Virus record (IMG/VR): IMGVR_UViG_3300023096_000003
Source: a virus
Reading direction: 5' to 3' (one strand)
Length of the DNA stretch: 44,102 nucleotides
How positions within the stretch are numbered: the stretch's first letter is position 1; each line of letters starts with the position of its first letter. This document shows positions 24,227-32,756 of this stretch, in pieces. Under the pieces are notes generated by a model. The model ran no database searches. It was not told the DNA's origin and saw only the letters and a program-made list of their open reading frames with translations. The translations under genes and the position numbers were made by a program.

Positions 24227-25194
24227 TAGGCGACCTTTCCGTAATCAACCATCTGGAAGCCTGCGCCGTCTCTGGCAACAGCCGATGGATTAACCTGCGC
24301 GACTTCATCGGCCATGACGCCCATTTCGACAGGGCCACCGCTGGTATATCGATAGGTGTAGACCGGCAATCCCGCGTCTGTTGAGCCAACGCGGCGAATA
24401 TCAGTCTTCAGCCGGCGATCGGAGTACTTGATGCCAGCTGTCAGGCCTGTGCCAAGGAGGCCAAACAAGCCGCCCATCTTGGCATTCGAGCTAGCAAGTT
24501 CTGATTGGTATTTGCTATTGACAAGACCTGTATAATCGACTCCGCCAACCTGCGTCTGGGGCGTGTTGACAAACTCTGGTCCTTGGACCTGCGATCCGGA
24601 CAGAAGCGCTCCGATCTCATTGAGCGGCTGGTTCCGTTCATAGCTGGCCTCTTGGAACGCCTGCTGCCGGCCGGTCAACGCCAATTGGTTATAGGCATCG
24701 TTCTTGGTCTGGCCAAAGTCTCCCATAGCCGATGTATAGGCAGCTGTGCCGGGACGAATGCCAGAGTTGACGAGCTGCGCCCTCAAGGCCTCCTGCTCAC
24801 GGGCAAACCGAGGGTCAAGACGCGCCGAGCCCAATTCATTGAGCTTGGCCTCTGTGGCCGAATTCACGTCGAACGGCTGCGCAAGATAGTCCTTCAGGAA
24901 GTCTGAACGCTCGTTGGCGATAGTGCCAAGGTTGAGTTCCGCCGCTTGCGTCTGATCAAGGATTTGCTGCTGCTGAGGAGAGAGAGACGTTGTCGCCGTA
25001 TATTTCGGCGTGGAAACCGTCTTACCCTGAGAGTCCACAAACGTATTGTTGCCGTTCTGGGTATAGGTCAGAGACCCATAAGGGCCTTGCTGATCAACCA
25101 TGTTCAGCTGGGATTGGGTGAGCGCAGTATCTCGGTTCATTCCGCTCTGGGCTTGAGCCGTAGCGACGGGATCCGGTGCCTTCGGGGTTTTCAT
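24226..25194 (-). CDS. Fibrous virion protein with a C-terminal peptidase S74 intramolecular chaperone domain
   Basis: C-terminus YSDRRLKTDIRRVGSTDAGLPVYTYRYTSGGPVEMGVMADEVAQVNPSAVARDGAGFQMVDYGKV matches the S74 auto-cleaving chaperone signature. Confidence 0.7.
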   Translation of the reverse strand: MKTPKAPDPVATAQAQSGMNRDTALTQSQLNMVDQQGPYGSLTYTQNGNNTFVDSQGKTVSTPKYTATTSLSPQQQQILDQTQAAELNLGTIANERSDFLKDYLAQPFDVNSATEAKLNELGSARLDPRFAREQEALRAQLVNSGIRPGTAAYTSAMGDFGQTKNDAYNQLALTGRQQAFQEASYERNQPLNEIGALLSGSQVQGPEFVNTPQTQVGGVDYTGLVNSKYQSELASSNAKMGGLFGLLGTGLTAGIKYSDRRLKTDIRRVGSTDAGLPVYTYRYTSGGPVEMGVMADEVAQVNPSAVARDGAGFQMVDYGKVA

Positions 25195-25584
25195 TCAGCG
25201 CTCCTGTCTGTAGCGGTATTCGTCTTTGAGCACACCAATCAGGAATGCATCACGACCCTTGCCGAATTGATTGCGCATTAGCCCCTCTATCTTCCCGCCA
25301 AGGCGTTCACCTAGTCGGGCTACTTCTGGGGTTTCTGTCGTTAACGTGAAGCGTTCGCACTTGAGGATGTCGAAGACGTAATCCCCTACGGCTCGCAAAA
25401 TGGTACGGTTCCAGCCGTGACCAGCAATGGTCGCGTGGACGTTGGCGCCCTCAAAGACGTGAAAGATGACCCCGGCGACTATCTCGCCGTCTCTCTCAAG
25501 GCCAATGCATGTGAAGGGCGGGATGAAGGCGGAACCAATCTTCTCGGAGACAAAGGCCGCAACACGGTCATCGGTAACGAGCAA
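25195..25584 (-). CDS. GNAT-like N-acetyltransferase (putative)
   Basis: 129 aa. ...RLGERLGGKIEGLMRNQFGKGRDAFLIGVLKDEY resembles the C-terminal GNAT core. The only in-frame start is TTG at 25584, 2 nt after the upstream stop. Confidence 0.4.
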   Translation of the reverse strand: MLVTDDRVAAFVSEKIGSAFIPPFTCIGLERDGEIVAGVIFHVFEGANVHATIAGHGWNRTILRAVGDYVFDILKCERFTLTTETPEVARLGERLGGKIEGLMRNQFGKGRDAFLIGVLKDEYRYRQER

Positions 25585-25586
25585 GG

Positions 25587-27500
25587 CTAGCTACCCCAAT
25601 CCGCCATGTCGTAACTCATATCAATCCCGATGATTTCCGCATCGAGAGGTACGAGAGACCCGGATGTGATCTGCGCTCCCGTCGCCAGCGAATAGCCGAT
25701 GCCACCGATGGAATACCAATCACCTTGCCAGATAGGAGTTTGAGATGAACCCCACTCGCTTTCGCCCCACGTTGCCGTTCCCCATTCACTCCCGACAGGA
25801 ACAAAGGAAGCGGCAGGAGGCGCCGGGAGATTGACGATGTAGTCTTCCTGAACGGATAGCTGGGGATCGATCCTATATGGGCCTCTGGTCTGCAGGCGAC
25901 CTTGACCGCCAACCTTCTGAGCGCCTGGAATGCCAAAGTCGGTAAAGAGTGGAACATACGTGGCCGTATATGGCCGGCCTTCGTCCAAGCCCGTCACCCA
26001 AGCTTCAATGATCTTGCCTTCCTGAGAGCCAAAGAACAGCCGGCCATTGAATATCTCAAGGCACGTGCCGCTCCAGTTGGTGAACTCGGCCCATGCTCCA
26101 GTCCGAGCATTGGATATGAACATTGATGCAGGCTGCTCGTTCACTGTCGGCAGGCAGATGATAACCATCTGCTTGTCGTCCCAAAGAATGCAATCCCACG
26201 GCTCGATAGAGCGCAGGCTGACTGCCTCGTTCCACACCGTCTCGATCGAGTAAGAGACGGCATTGGAGGATAGAATGGAGTAATCGACCTGGAGGGCTTG
26301 GGAGAGAGGAACAAAGCCGATCGATGTAGAGAAGATCAGATCGCCACCAGCGCGAATGAAGGCCTTTGGGCCTCTAGGCTTGCCCATCTGATACCGGCCA
26401 ACCTTCTGCCAATCGGCAGGAGAAGCTGGATTAATGCCAGTGTAGACAACAATTTCGCCCTCATCCGTCACAAATATGCAGTTATCATTCAGGCCGTTGC
26501 CATAGTCGAGAGACCATGTAGCGCCGAGCATAAGCTTACCACCGAGGCTGAATTCAGCCCCCATCTGGAATAGCGCAGCCGCACCTGTGATTTGATCAAC
26601 TGGCAGGTAATAGACATCCAGACTATCCTTCAAAATGAAGAAAAGCCTATTCTTATATGCCCACACATAGCTGAAATCGCTGGTGTGCAGTGGCGTTCCA
26701 TCCGGCTTTGTGCCGGTAATGGCGCCATATAGCGGGTCAATGACGCCATCAGCCACGGCGGCGCCGGCAATGCTTCCGGTAATGGCTTCATTGTCCATGA
26801 ATGGACCGCTGGTGATGGTCCCAATGAGGAGATACCCAGTGGTCCCAGTGGTTTCCACGACCTTCGTAATGGTTGCAGTTGCGCCGGATGTCCCACCGGT
26901 CAGGACCTCGCCCACAACGAAGTCCACCGTGCCGCCATCATAGTTCAGCCGATTGACTGGCTGGTCCGTGATCGCATACCAGGACGTACCGTCATAGATG
27001 TGCATCGGGTCATTGCCATTGACGATAATCAGGTAATTGCCGCCAGTTGTTGCAAACTGCTCGTCAATCCAATCACCGCCCGTCATGCCGGTGATAACGT
27101 CAAGGCCGTCAGTTGACCCTTCTCCAATGAAATCGCCGGTATCCGTAACGATGTCGTCGTCCTCGTCGGTGACCAGGATGTAGTTAATCGGTGAGGATAT
27201 GGTGGTAATGTCGTAGACGGTCGTTTCGGTCGAGCCGAAGAACTTTTTGTTATTGCCAAAATTGTATGTGAACATCGCCGTTACCGGCAGATCACCAGCG
27301 CCAAGCGTTGCATAGATCTGGCAACCGCGCCGGATAACGCCACCCGTAGCCGTTGGGAATATGTTTTCGAGGACAGCGGCGCCCTGCGGTCCAGCTGGGG
27401 GCACAGCGAGGTTCTGGTTCGATATCCAGCCCGCTGTTGCTGCCGGGAACGTCGCTGTCTGGGCCGTGCGCGGCTTCTGGCGCTGTGTCGGAGTCCTCAT
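25587..27500 (-). CDS. Large beta-rich tail protein (nozzle / tail-tubular-B-like, by position)
   Basis: 637 aa, ATGA-coupled to the upstream gene. No motif recognised by eye. Confidence 0.35.
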   Translation of the reverse strand: MRTPTQRQKPRTAQTATFPAATAGWISNQNLAVPPAGPQGAAVLENIFPTATGGVIRRGCQIYATLGAGDLPVTAMFTYNFGNNKKFFGSTETTVYDITTISSPINYILVTDEDDDIVTDTGDFIGEGSTDGLDVITGMTGGDWIDEQFATTGGNYLIIVNGNDPMHIYDGTSWYAITDQPVNRLNYDGGTVDFVVGEVLTGGTSGATATITKVVETTGTTGYLLIGTITSGPFMDNEAITGSIAGAAVADGVIDPLYGAITGTKPDGTPLHTSDFSYVWAYKNRLFFILKDSLDVYYLPVDQITGAAALFQMGAEFSLGGKLMLGATWSLDYGNGLNDNCIFVTDEGEIVVYTGINPASPADWQKVGRYQMGKPRGPKAFIRAGGDLIFSTSIGFVPLSQALQVDYSILSSNAVSYSIETVWNEAVSLRSIEPWDCILWDDKQMVIICLPTVNEQPASMFISNARTGAWAEFTNWSGTCLEIFNGRLFFGSQEGKIIEAWVTGLDEGRPYTATYVPLFTDFGIPGAQKVGGQGRLQTRGPYRIDPQLSVQEDYIVNLPAPPAASFVPVGSEWGTATWGESEWGSSQTPIWQGDWYSIGGIGYSLATGAQITSGSLVPLDAEIIGIDMSYDMADWGS

Positions 27501-28210
27501 GGAACATCAGGCCCTAGAGCATAGGGCCAACCAACGTGCAGATTGCCGGGACGATAGCGGGCATTGCTCCTGATGACGGTTGCGCCACGGTCGCGGGTTT
27601 GCGACTGCGAGAGGGCAATCTCATATGTCTGCATGTCCTCAGCATACTCCATGCGCTTCTGAGCCCTCCAGCGCCAGATAAGACCAAGCGTCAGCAGTCG
27701 CTCATCAAGTGCGAAGGTGTCCGAGTCAGTGGTGAATGCAGGCTTTCCAGCACCGCTCTCATCAACCGCTATATTCTTTGAGATGTAGGGGAACTGGGCA
27801 ACGGAGCTTGCACCGGGAGCCGGCTGAAACTGCATACTGCCGCCAAGCATCATCCACCAGCCAGGAGGCGTGGCGCCGAGGAAGTAGCCGTTCTGGATCG
27901 CAACCCATGTGTCGAGATTGGGGGATTGGGTATAGCCCCAGAACCAAGAGGCGCCGTCAGAGACGCCTTGGGCAAGGTTCATGCGGTCATAGTCAACCGG
28001 CAATGGGAAAGCTGTTGCCGTCCCATCGCCAGTGATAGTGTTGATCTTCGTCAGCGCGCTCCAATCATGCGATTTCATGATATCGACACCAACCTCAGTC
28101 ACGAGGTCAGCAATCTCCACCATGGTCTTTTCGGTGCTGGAGAACAGCGTCGAGGGCTTGCGCCCTATCAGCCTTACCAGTGCACTTTGAGCAGCGCCGA
28201 GGACGCTCAC
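27497..28210 (-). CDS. Head-tail adaptor / tail-tubular-A-like protein (by position)
   Basis: 237 aa, GTG start directly after the upstream TAA. Confidence 0.3.
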   Translation of the reverse strand: MSVLGAAQSALVRLIGRKPSTLFSSTEKTMVEIADLVTEVGVDIMKSHDWSALTKINTITGDGTATAFPLPVDYDRMNLAQGVSDGASWFWGYTQSPNLDTWVAIQNGYFLGATPPGWWMMLGGSMQFQPAPGASSVAQFPYISKNIAVDESGAGKPAFTTDSDTFALDERLLTLGLIWRWRAQKRMEYAEDMQTYEIALSQSQTRDRGATVIRSNARYRPGNLHVGWPYALGPDVP

Positions 28211-28921
28211 TTACGCAGCATCCCGTGCCATACCGACGAGCGACTCGTGCGACGGGTTGCCCAGTGGGGTCTGGCCGGTCTTCTCGCGGATGAAGGCCTT
28301 GAGGGCTGGGCTGTCCATAGCCTCAAATTCAGCATCGGACAGCATGACAGCGCTTTTGACTTCAGCTGGTGAAGGCTCTTTCACCGGGATGAGCGATGCC
28401 TTGAGCGCGGCTAGTTCGGCGCGGAGCTTGTCGATCTCGGCGCTGTCGGCCCTACCGCTCTGGCGGGCCTCGATATACGAGCGGGCCATATCCTTGAGGG
28501 AATTGCCAGCCATGCCCAATGTCTTGAGATTGTCGCCCTCAAGATGATAAAGCGCCTCGATCGAGTAGATCCGGAGAGCGCGGCACAGCGAAAGGTTCGC
28601 ATCCGAAATGCCATGTGACTTCAGCATCTCCAGCGGGGTGCCGGATGCTTCCTGGTCGGCGCCGGAAAGGAAAGCGCGGTATTGCTCGCCCCAGCGTTCT
28701 GCAAACGTGATGATCTTGCCGTTTTCGCGCTTCCACATCGCATCGACGGGGAAAACGGGGGAATAGTTCTTCGATCCGGCAAAGCGGACCTCAACGACCT
28801 GGATCATCTTCTTGATCAGGTGGCCTTCACGCTCGGAAGCGTTGATATCTTCGATGCTCTCATATCGAAACAGCGGCGTGATGGTGATCTCGCGGGTGTC
28901 GATAGCGACTGATTCAGCCAT
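28211..28921 (-). CDS. Hypothetical virion-module protein
   Basis: 236 aa, AGGA SD. Confidence 0.55.
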   Translation of the reverse strand: MAESVAIDTREITITPLFRYESIEDINASEREGHLIKKMIQVVEVRFAGSKNYSPVFPVDAMWKRENGKIITFAERWGEQYRAFLSGADQEASGTPLEMLKSHGISDANLSLCRALRIYSIEALYHLEGDNLKTLGMAGNSLKDMARSYIEARQSGRADSAEIDKLRAELAALKASLIPVKEPSPAEVKSAVMLSDAEFEAMDSPALKAFIREKTGQTPLGNPSHESLVGMARDAA

Positions 28922-29002
28922 GATATTGTCCTTTTGTCTGAGGAAAGGGGCAAAGGAAAAGGCGACCTGTTAGAGCCGCCTCTATGCATTGGTGATGGCT
29001 GA

Positions 29003-29341
29003 TTAGGCCGGTACGGCGTTCTTGGCGCCACGGCTGACATGGAAGTACTGGCCGGTGACAATCGCCGTATTGACGGGCGTATAGAAGCCGCCAGCGCCGG
29101 TTGCTACCGTGTACGCCGGGACGGTCATCGTCACCTGCGTTCCGGTCGTGGCAGTTGCCGCAATGTCTGCGGATGCCTGGACCCAGTAGTATTCGCGGCC
29201 ATCGTCGCCCATCTCGACATTGCCGAGTTTGTAGGACGGCGAGGAAATGCCGTTGTTGTCCCAGTATGGGAGGCCGGTGAACACGTCTGCCAGCTGCGGG
29301 CCGAGGTTAGGCGTGGTGCGGAATGGTACAGAGTTTGCCAT
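29003..29341 (-). CDS. Small protein downstream of the capsid gene (possible decoration protein)
   Basis: 112 aa. Assigned by position only. Confidence 0.3.
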   Translation of the reverse strand: MANSVPFRTTPNLGPQLADVFTGLPYWDNNGISSPSYKLGNVEMGDDGREYYWVQASADIAATATTGTQVTMTVPAYTVATGAGGFYTPVNTAIVTGQYFHVSRGAKNAVPA

Positions 29342-29365
29342 GTTGGTATCCTTTCTTTGCTCGCG

Positions 29366-30376
29366 TTACGCGGTCTTGATGCGAACTTGATGGAGAGGAT
29401 TCTCCACCACGAACTGACCAGACCACACGATGCCCTGTGCCCATGCGTCCTGGTTGATCGGACGAATGCCGTCGCCGGGATGGAACGGAACGAAGGACTG
29501 GCCGGGGAATTCGTAGATGGCCATGCCTTCTGTGCTGAGAGCGAAGATGGTGTTCGTCGGCATGACGTTGCCGATACCACCGGCTGCCACAACGTCTACC
29601 AGGCCTGCAGGCGTCCACACGCCAAGGCTTTCGAAGCCAAGGTTTGCAGCGCGCTGCGTGGTGATGCGCTGATGGGCGACCATCGACGCGGAGACAGCCG
29701 AGTAGGCGTTTGCATCCATAATCCAGAGATCCGGATACATGGCGTTGCGCGAACGAGCCAAAGCCACACGTTCCATGATCGGGCGCGCTGTCGTGGAGTC
29801 CCACGTGGTATAGCCGGATACATCGCCGGCCGGGATGTCGTAGTAAGTCGTGCGCCAGTTCGGGACGTTCGCACGATCAATGCCGCCGTATGTGCCGGTA
29901 TTGGTCACGATCGGGACAGCGCCGCCCAGGCCGATCATCTGACGCCCACCGGAACCGGTGCCATCAGCGACAAGAGCGGCTTCCCACTCTTCCTTGATCG
30001 TCTTTTCGGCTTCAGCGATGTAGAAGTCCATCAGGTCGATGACTTCCTCTTCGCCGGTGTTGTACATCAGCTCCGTACCGGTCAACGAGAACATCGAGAC
30101 AACACGCGACCAATTGAAGACCGCCGAGTTCAGCAGTTCGCGGGGCGTGATTTCGATCTTATCGTAGCCCGTAAACCACTGAGCGGATAATTTGTCGAAC
30201 TGAATGGGAATGCGAAGCTCTGGACCGCCGGCGCGCTTGGTCTTGATGCGGCCCGAGTCCTTGAGGATCTTGGTCAGTGGGGTAGATTTGTGCACGATGT
30301 CCTGCACAATCTTGGAGCGCTTCGCGACGGAAGCGGTCAGCGCCTGACGGTACTGACGGTCTGTTACGATAGGCAT
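29366..30376 (-). CDS. Major capsid protein
   Basis: 336 aa, strong AAGGAGA SD, directly downstream of the scaffold-like gene. Size and composition are typical of HK97-fold coat proteins. Confidence 0.7.
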   Translation of the reverse strand: MPIVTDRQYRQALTASVAKRSKIVQDIVHKSTPLTKILKDSGRIKTKRAGGPELRIPIQFDKLSAQWFTGYDKIEITPRELLNSAVFNWSRVVSMFSLTGTELMYNTGEEEVIDLMDFYIAEAEKTIKEEWEAALVADGTGSGGRQMIGLGGAVPIVTNTGTYGGIDRANVPNWRTTYYDIPAGDVSGYTTWDSTTARPIMERVALARSRNAMYPDLWIMDANAYSAVSASMVAHQRITTQRAANLGFESLGVWTPAGLVDVVAAGGIGNVMPTNTIFALSTEGMAIYEFPGQSFVPFHPGDGIRPINQDAWAQGIVWSGQFVVENPLHQVRIKTA

Positions 30377-30387
30377 GTGTTTCTCCT

Positions 30388-31632
30388 TTAGGAGGCTTTG
30401 CGCATCTCTCTGCGAAGAAGCGTCCTGATATCGGTTGCGTCGGGATCGTCCTCATCGGGGTCTTGCCCGTTGGGAGCGCCACGGATGGATTTCGTGCCAG
30501 CTGTGTCAGAAGGCGCGGCTTTCGCGACGGCAAGCGTCTCAGGGGCTTGGGAAGATGTGACTGAAGAAGTCGGATTGATCCGAACAGCCATGTCATATGC
30601 AGCTTCAAGCCTTTCATGAGGCGTCAGGGACGCGGGAATCTTTCCAGAGGTAAGGAAGAACGCGATGTCTCCCTCAAGCTCGTAGTATCGCGGGTTGTCT
30701 TTCGCGAATGGGGCGATGATCGATTGCACCGTCTGCTCTTGGCGCATCGACTGCAGCTCCTCCTTCAGCGCGGCCACTTCCGGATCGGATTGGCGCTGCT
30801 GCTGGGGCTGCTGTTGTGGGGCTTGGCGCAATGCCTGGTCATGCGCCTGCGCATGCGCCTGCGGGTTCTGCATGACATGCTGGGCATACTGTTGCGGCGT
30901 CAGGCCGATATTGCGCAGGACCTCAGCCACACCCTGCACTGGATTGGACCGGAGCATGTTCTCGATGTTGGTATAGGATGTCAGGGCGGTCTTCAGGTCC
31001 GTACCGCTGGACTTGGCCATCTCGTCAAACTGGCGCAGTGGTTCGTAGCGCTCACCGGCCTCACGGTATCTGGTTACCTCGGCTTCATGCTCCTGAGTAA
31101 GGCGGGCAATCTCGCCCTTTACCGCATGTGGGACGTTGGCCCATACTTCCTTGGCCTTGGGCAGGAAACGAGCGGGCGGCTCGTGATGTTTCTGGCCCTC
31201 AGACTGCCTCTTATCCGTTTCCGCCCGCTCGGTTGCGACCTTCTCAGGCTCGCCCTTGTCAGCCTTGGCGTCATCTTCCGGCTTGTCGCCTTCGGTCTGG
31301 GCCTTGGCGATCTTGCCTTCTTCTGTGTCGAGCTTGGCGGGCTTGTCTTTGCCGGCCTTTTCGGCGTCCTCTACCTTGGCCTTAGCGGCGTTGGCAGCGT
31401 CTTCAGCTTTCCCCTTGGTTTCCTTGGCTTCATCAGCCTTGATGCGCGCCAGTTCGGCCTTGAGGGTATCCCCGGCGCTCTCTGGCTTTGCTTCAACCTT
31501 CGGAGTTTCGGCAACCTTCGGCTCGGATAGGTTTGGAGCGCCACCACCAGTACCAAGCGGGGCGCCACCCTGATCAATGGACGTGGAAAGGGGAGCCGTG
31601 CCCGCGATGGGCGCTGCTTGCATGTCGGTCAT
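30388..31632 (-). CDS. Scaffolding protein
   Basis: 414 aa. K/E/A-rich low-complexity N-terminal half and a helical Q-rich centre. Located between the portal region and the capsid gene. Confidence 0.6.
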   Translation of the reverse strand: MTDMQAAPIAGTAPLSTSIDQGGAPLGTGGGAPNLSEPKVAETPKVEAKPESAGDTLKAELARIKADEAKETKGKAEDAANAAKAKVEDAEKAGKDKPAKLDTEEGKIAKAQTEGDKPEDDAKADKGEPEKVATERAETDKRQSEGQKHHEPPARFLPKAKEVWANVPHAVKGEIARLTQEHEAEVTRYREAGERYEPLRQFDEMAKSSGTDLKTALTSYTNIENMLRSNPVQGVAEVLRNIGLTPQQYAQHVMQNPQAHAQAHDQALRQAPQQQPQQQRQSDPEVAALKEELQSMRQEQTVQSIIAPFAKDNPRYYELEGDIAFFLTSGKIPASLTPHERLEAAYDMAVRINPTSSVTSSQAPETLAVAKAAPSDTAGTKSIRGAPNGQDPDEDDPDATDIRTLLRREMRKAS

Positions 31633-31694
31633 TGATTCTATTCCTGTCTGAGGGGAATGGTGATAGGATTAGACCCAAATTAGAGGGCCCATCC

Positions 31695-31943
31695 ATGACG
31701 AGTATTTACAGTGAAAACATCGAGCAGCATGAGCGCAAAGCAGCGCTTTGGCTGCAAAACGGGCGCCCTGATTATGCAGAAGGTTCCATGAAAAAAGCGG
31801 CTAGATGGCGGGCTAAAGAACGCCAGCTGTCAATGCTTCTTTATGGGGTGTTGCCGCCGTCCCGTATGGACGCTTTGCTTGGCCAGCATATTCGCTCAAT
31901 AGAGGCCAGGCTTGTGAAAGAGATGAACGCCGCTCTCTATTGA
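31695..31943 (+). CDS. Reverse-oriented small basic helical protein (moron candidate)
   Basis: ATG at 31695 with GAGGG 7 nt upstream. 82 aa: MTSIYSENIEQHERKAALWLQNGRPDYAEGSMKKAARWRAKERQLSMLLYG... Fills an otherwise non-coding 304-nt gap in the capsid operon. Confidence 0.45.
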   Translation: MTSIYSENIEQHERKAALWLQNGRPDYAEGSMKKAARWRAKERQLSMLLYGVLPPSRMDALLGQHIRSIEARLVKEMNAALY

Positions 31944-32284
31944 ATAGCCGCGATTTCAGGCGACACGTTGCCGCTCATCACATCGTGAACGGCCTGCTTG
32001 ATGTCGGCTCGGCGCTCTGCGGCGTCCGGCACGTATTCAACTGTCTTCATGCTGTCATTGCCAAGGGCGACGTATTCTTCGCCCTGTGGGTTGCCGCTGG
32101 CCTTGTAGGTGTTTTCTAGGTCGCGGGGTGTGTCGTACCACTTGCCGGTCGCCATCGACTGGACCGGCTCTGAGAATGAGCGAACCAGCATCGGGCAAGC
32201 GAGATGCGACCGGCCCTCATTCTGCTCTCTGACCCGGCGAAGAACCTTTCGGCCATTGCCCAAGTCGATCCAGGACATAGTCAT
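31937..32284 (-). CDS. Hypothetical virion-module protein
   Basis: 115 aa. The start overlaps the upstream stop. Confidence 0.55.
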   Translation of the reverse strand: MTMSWIDLGNGRKVLRRVREQNEGRSHLACPMLVRSFSEPVQSMATGKWYDTPRDLENTYKASGNPQGEEYVALGNDSMKTVEYVPDAAERRADIKQAVHDVMSGNVSPEIAAIQ

Positions 32285-32586
32285 CAGGCTTTGAGCGCCG
32301 CAATGATGGTGTTGATCTTGCCGGCCAGGTCCGCAATGTCATTCTTGACGGCCGTAATCATCGTGTTCACGGAGGCCAAGGAAGCGGCAGAGGTGTCAGT
32401 CGTGGCAGCTGTGGCGTTCGGCACTGCAGCAACAGTGTTATCAGCCGTTCCGCCCGAGCTATCGGTCAGCGCGACGATTGCCACAACGGCCGGCTTAGCG
32501 GCAATGGATGCATCGATCTGAGTGGCCACCTCTTTGGCGAGGGGCGGAACCATGCTCAGTTCTACGAGTCTATTCGTATTGGCCAT
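32284..32586 (-). CDS. Hypothetical Ala/Thr-rich virion-module protein
   Basis: 100 aa, AGGAAG SD. Confidence 0.55.
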   Translation of the reverse strand: MANTNRLVELSMVPPLAKEVATQIDASIAAKPAVVAIVALTDSSGGTADNTVAAVPNATAATTDTSAASLASVNTMITAVKNDIADLAGKINTIIAALKA

Positions 32587-32603
32587 ATGACTTCCTTTCG
32601 GGG

Positions 32604-32756
32604 TTAGACGCCTTGGACGACGAGCGGAATGCCGCCGCTGGCAACGATGGTGATCTTCAGTCCGGAGGCTGCAACGGTGGCCAGAGGCGCGCCGCTTGCG
32701 ACATTAACGACGCGAATACCGCCACTGACGGCGACGACAACGGGAAACCCAGCCAT
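32604..32756 (-). CDS. 50-aa Gly/Val-rich micro-protein coupled to the portal gene
   Basis: TAATG overlap with the portal stop. Product: MAGFPVVVAVSGGIRVVNVASGAPLATVAASGLKITIVASGGIPLVVQGV, with an internal SGGI..VV duplication. Below the ORF-track cut-off. Confidence 0.45.
   Translation of the reverse strand: MAGFPVVVAVSGGIRVVNVASGAPLATVAASGLKITIVASGGIPLVVQGV

Noticed and set aside
29039-31530. Plus-strand ORFs of 383 aa (29039..30190) and 304 aa (30616..31530)
   Set aside because: They are antisense shadows of the major capsid and scaffold genes. They have biased Arg/Gly/Leu composition, no SD and no coupling.
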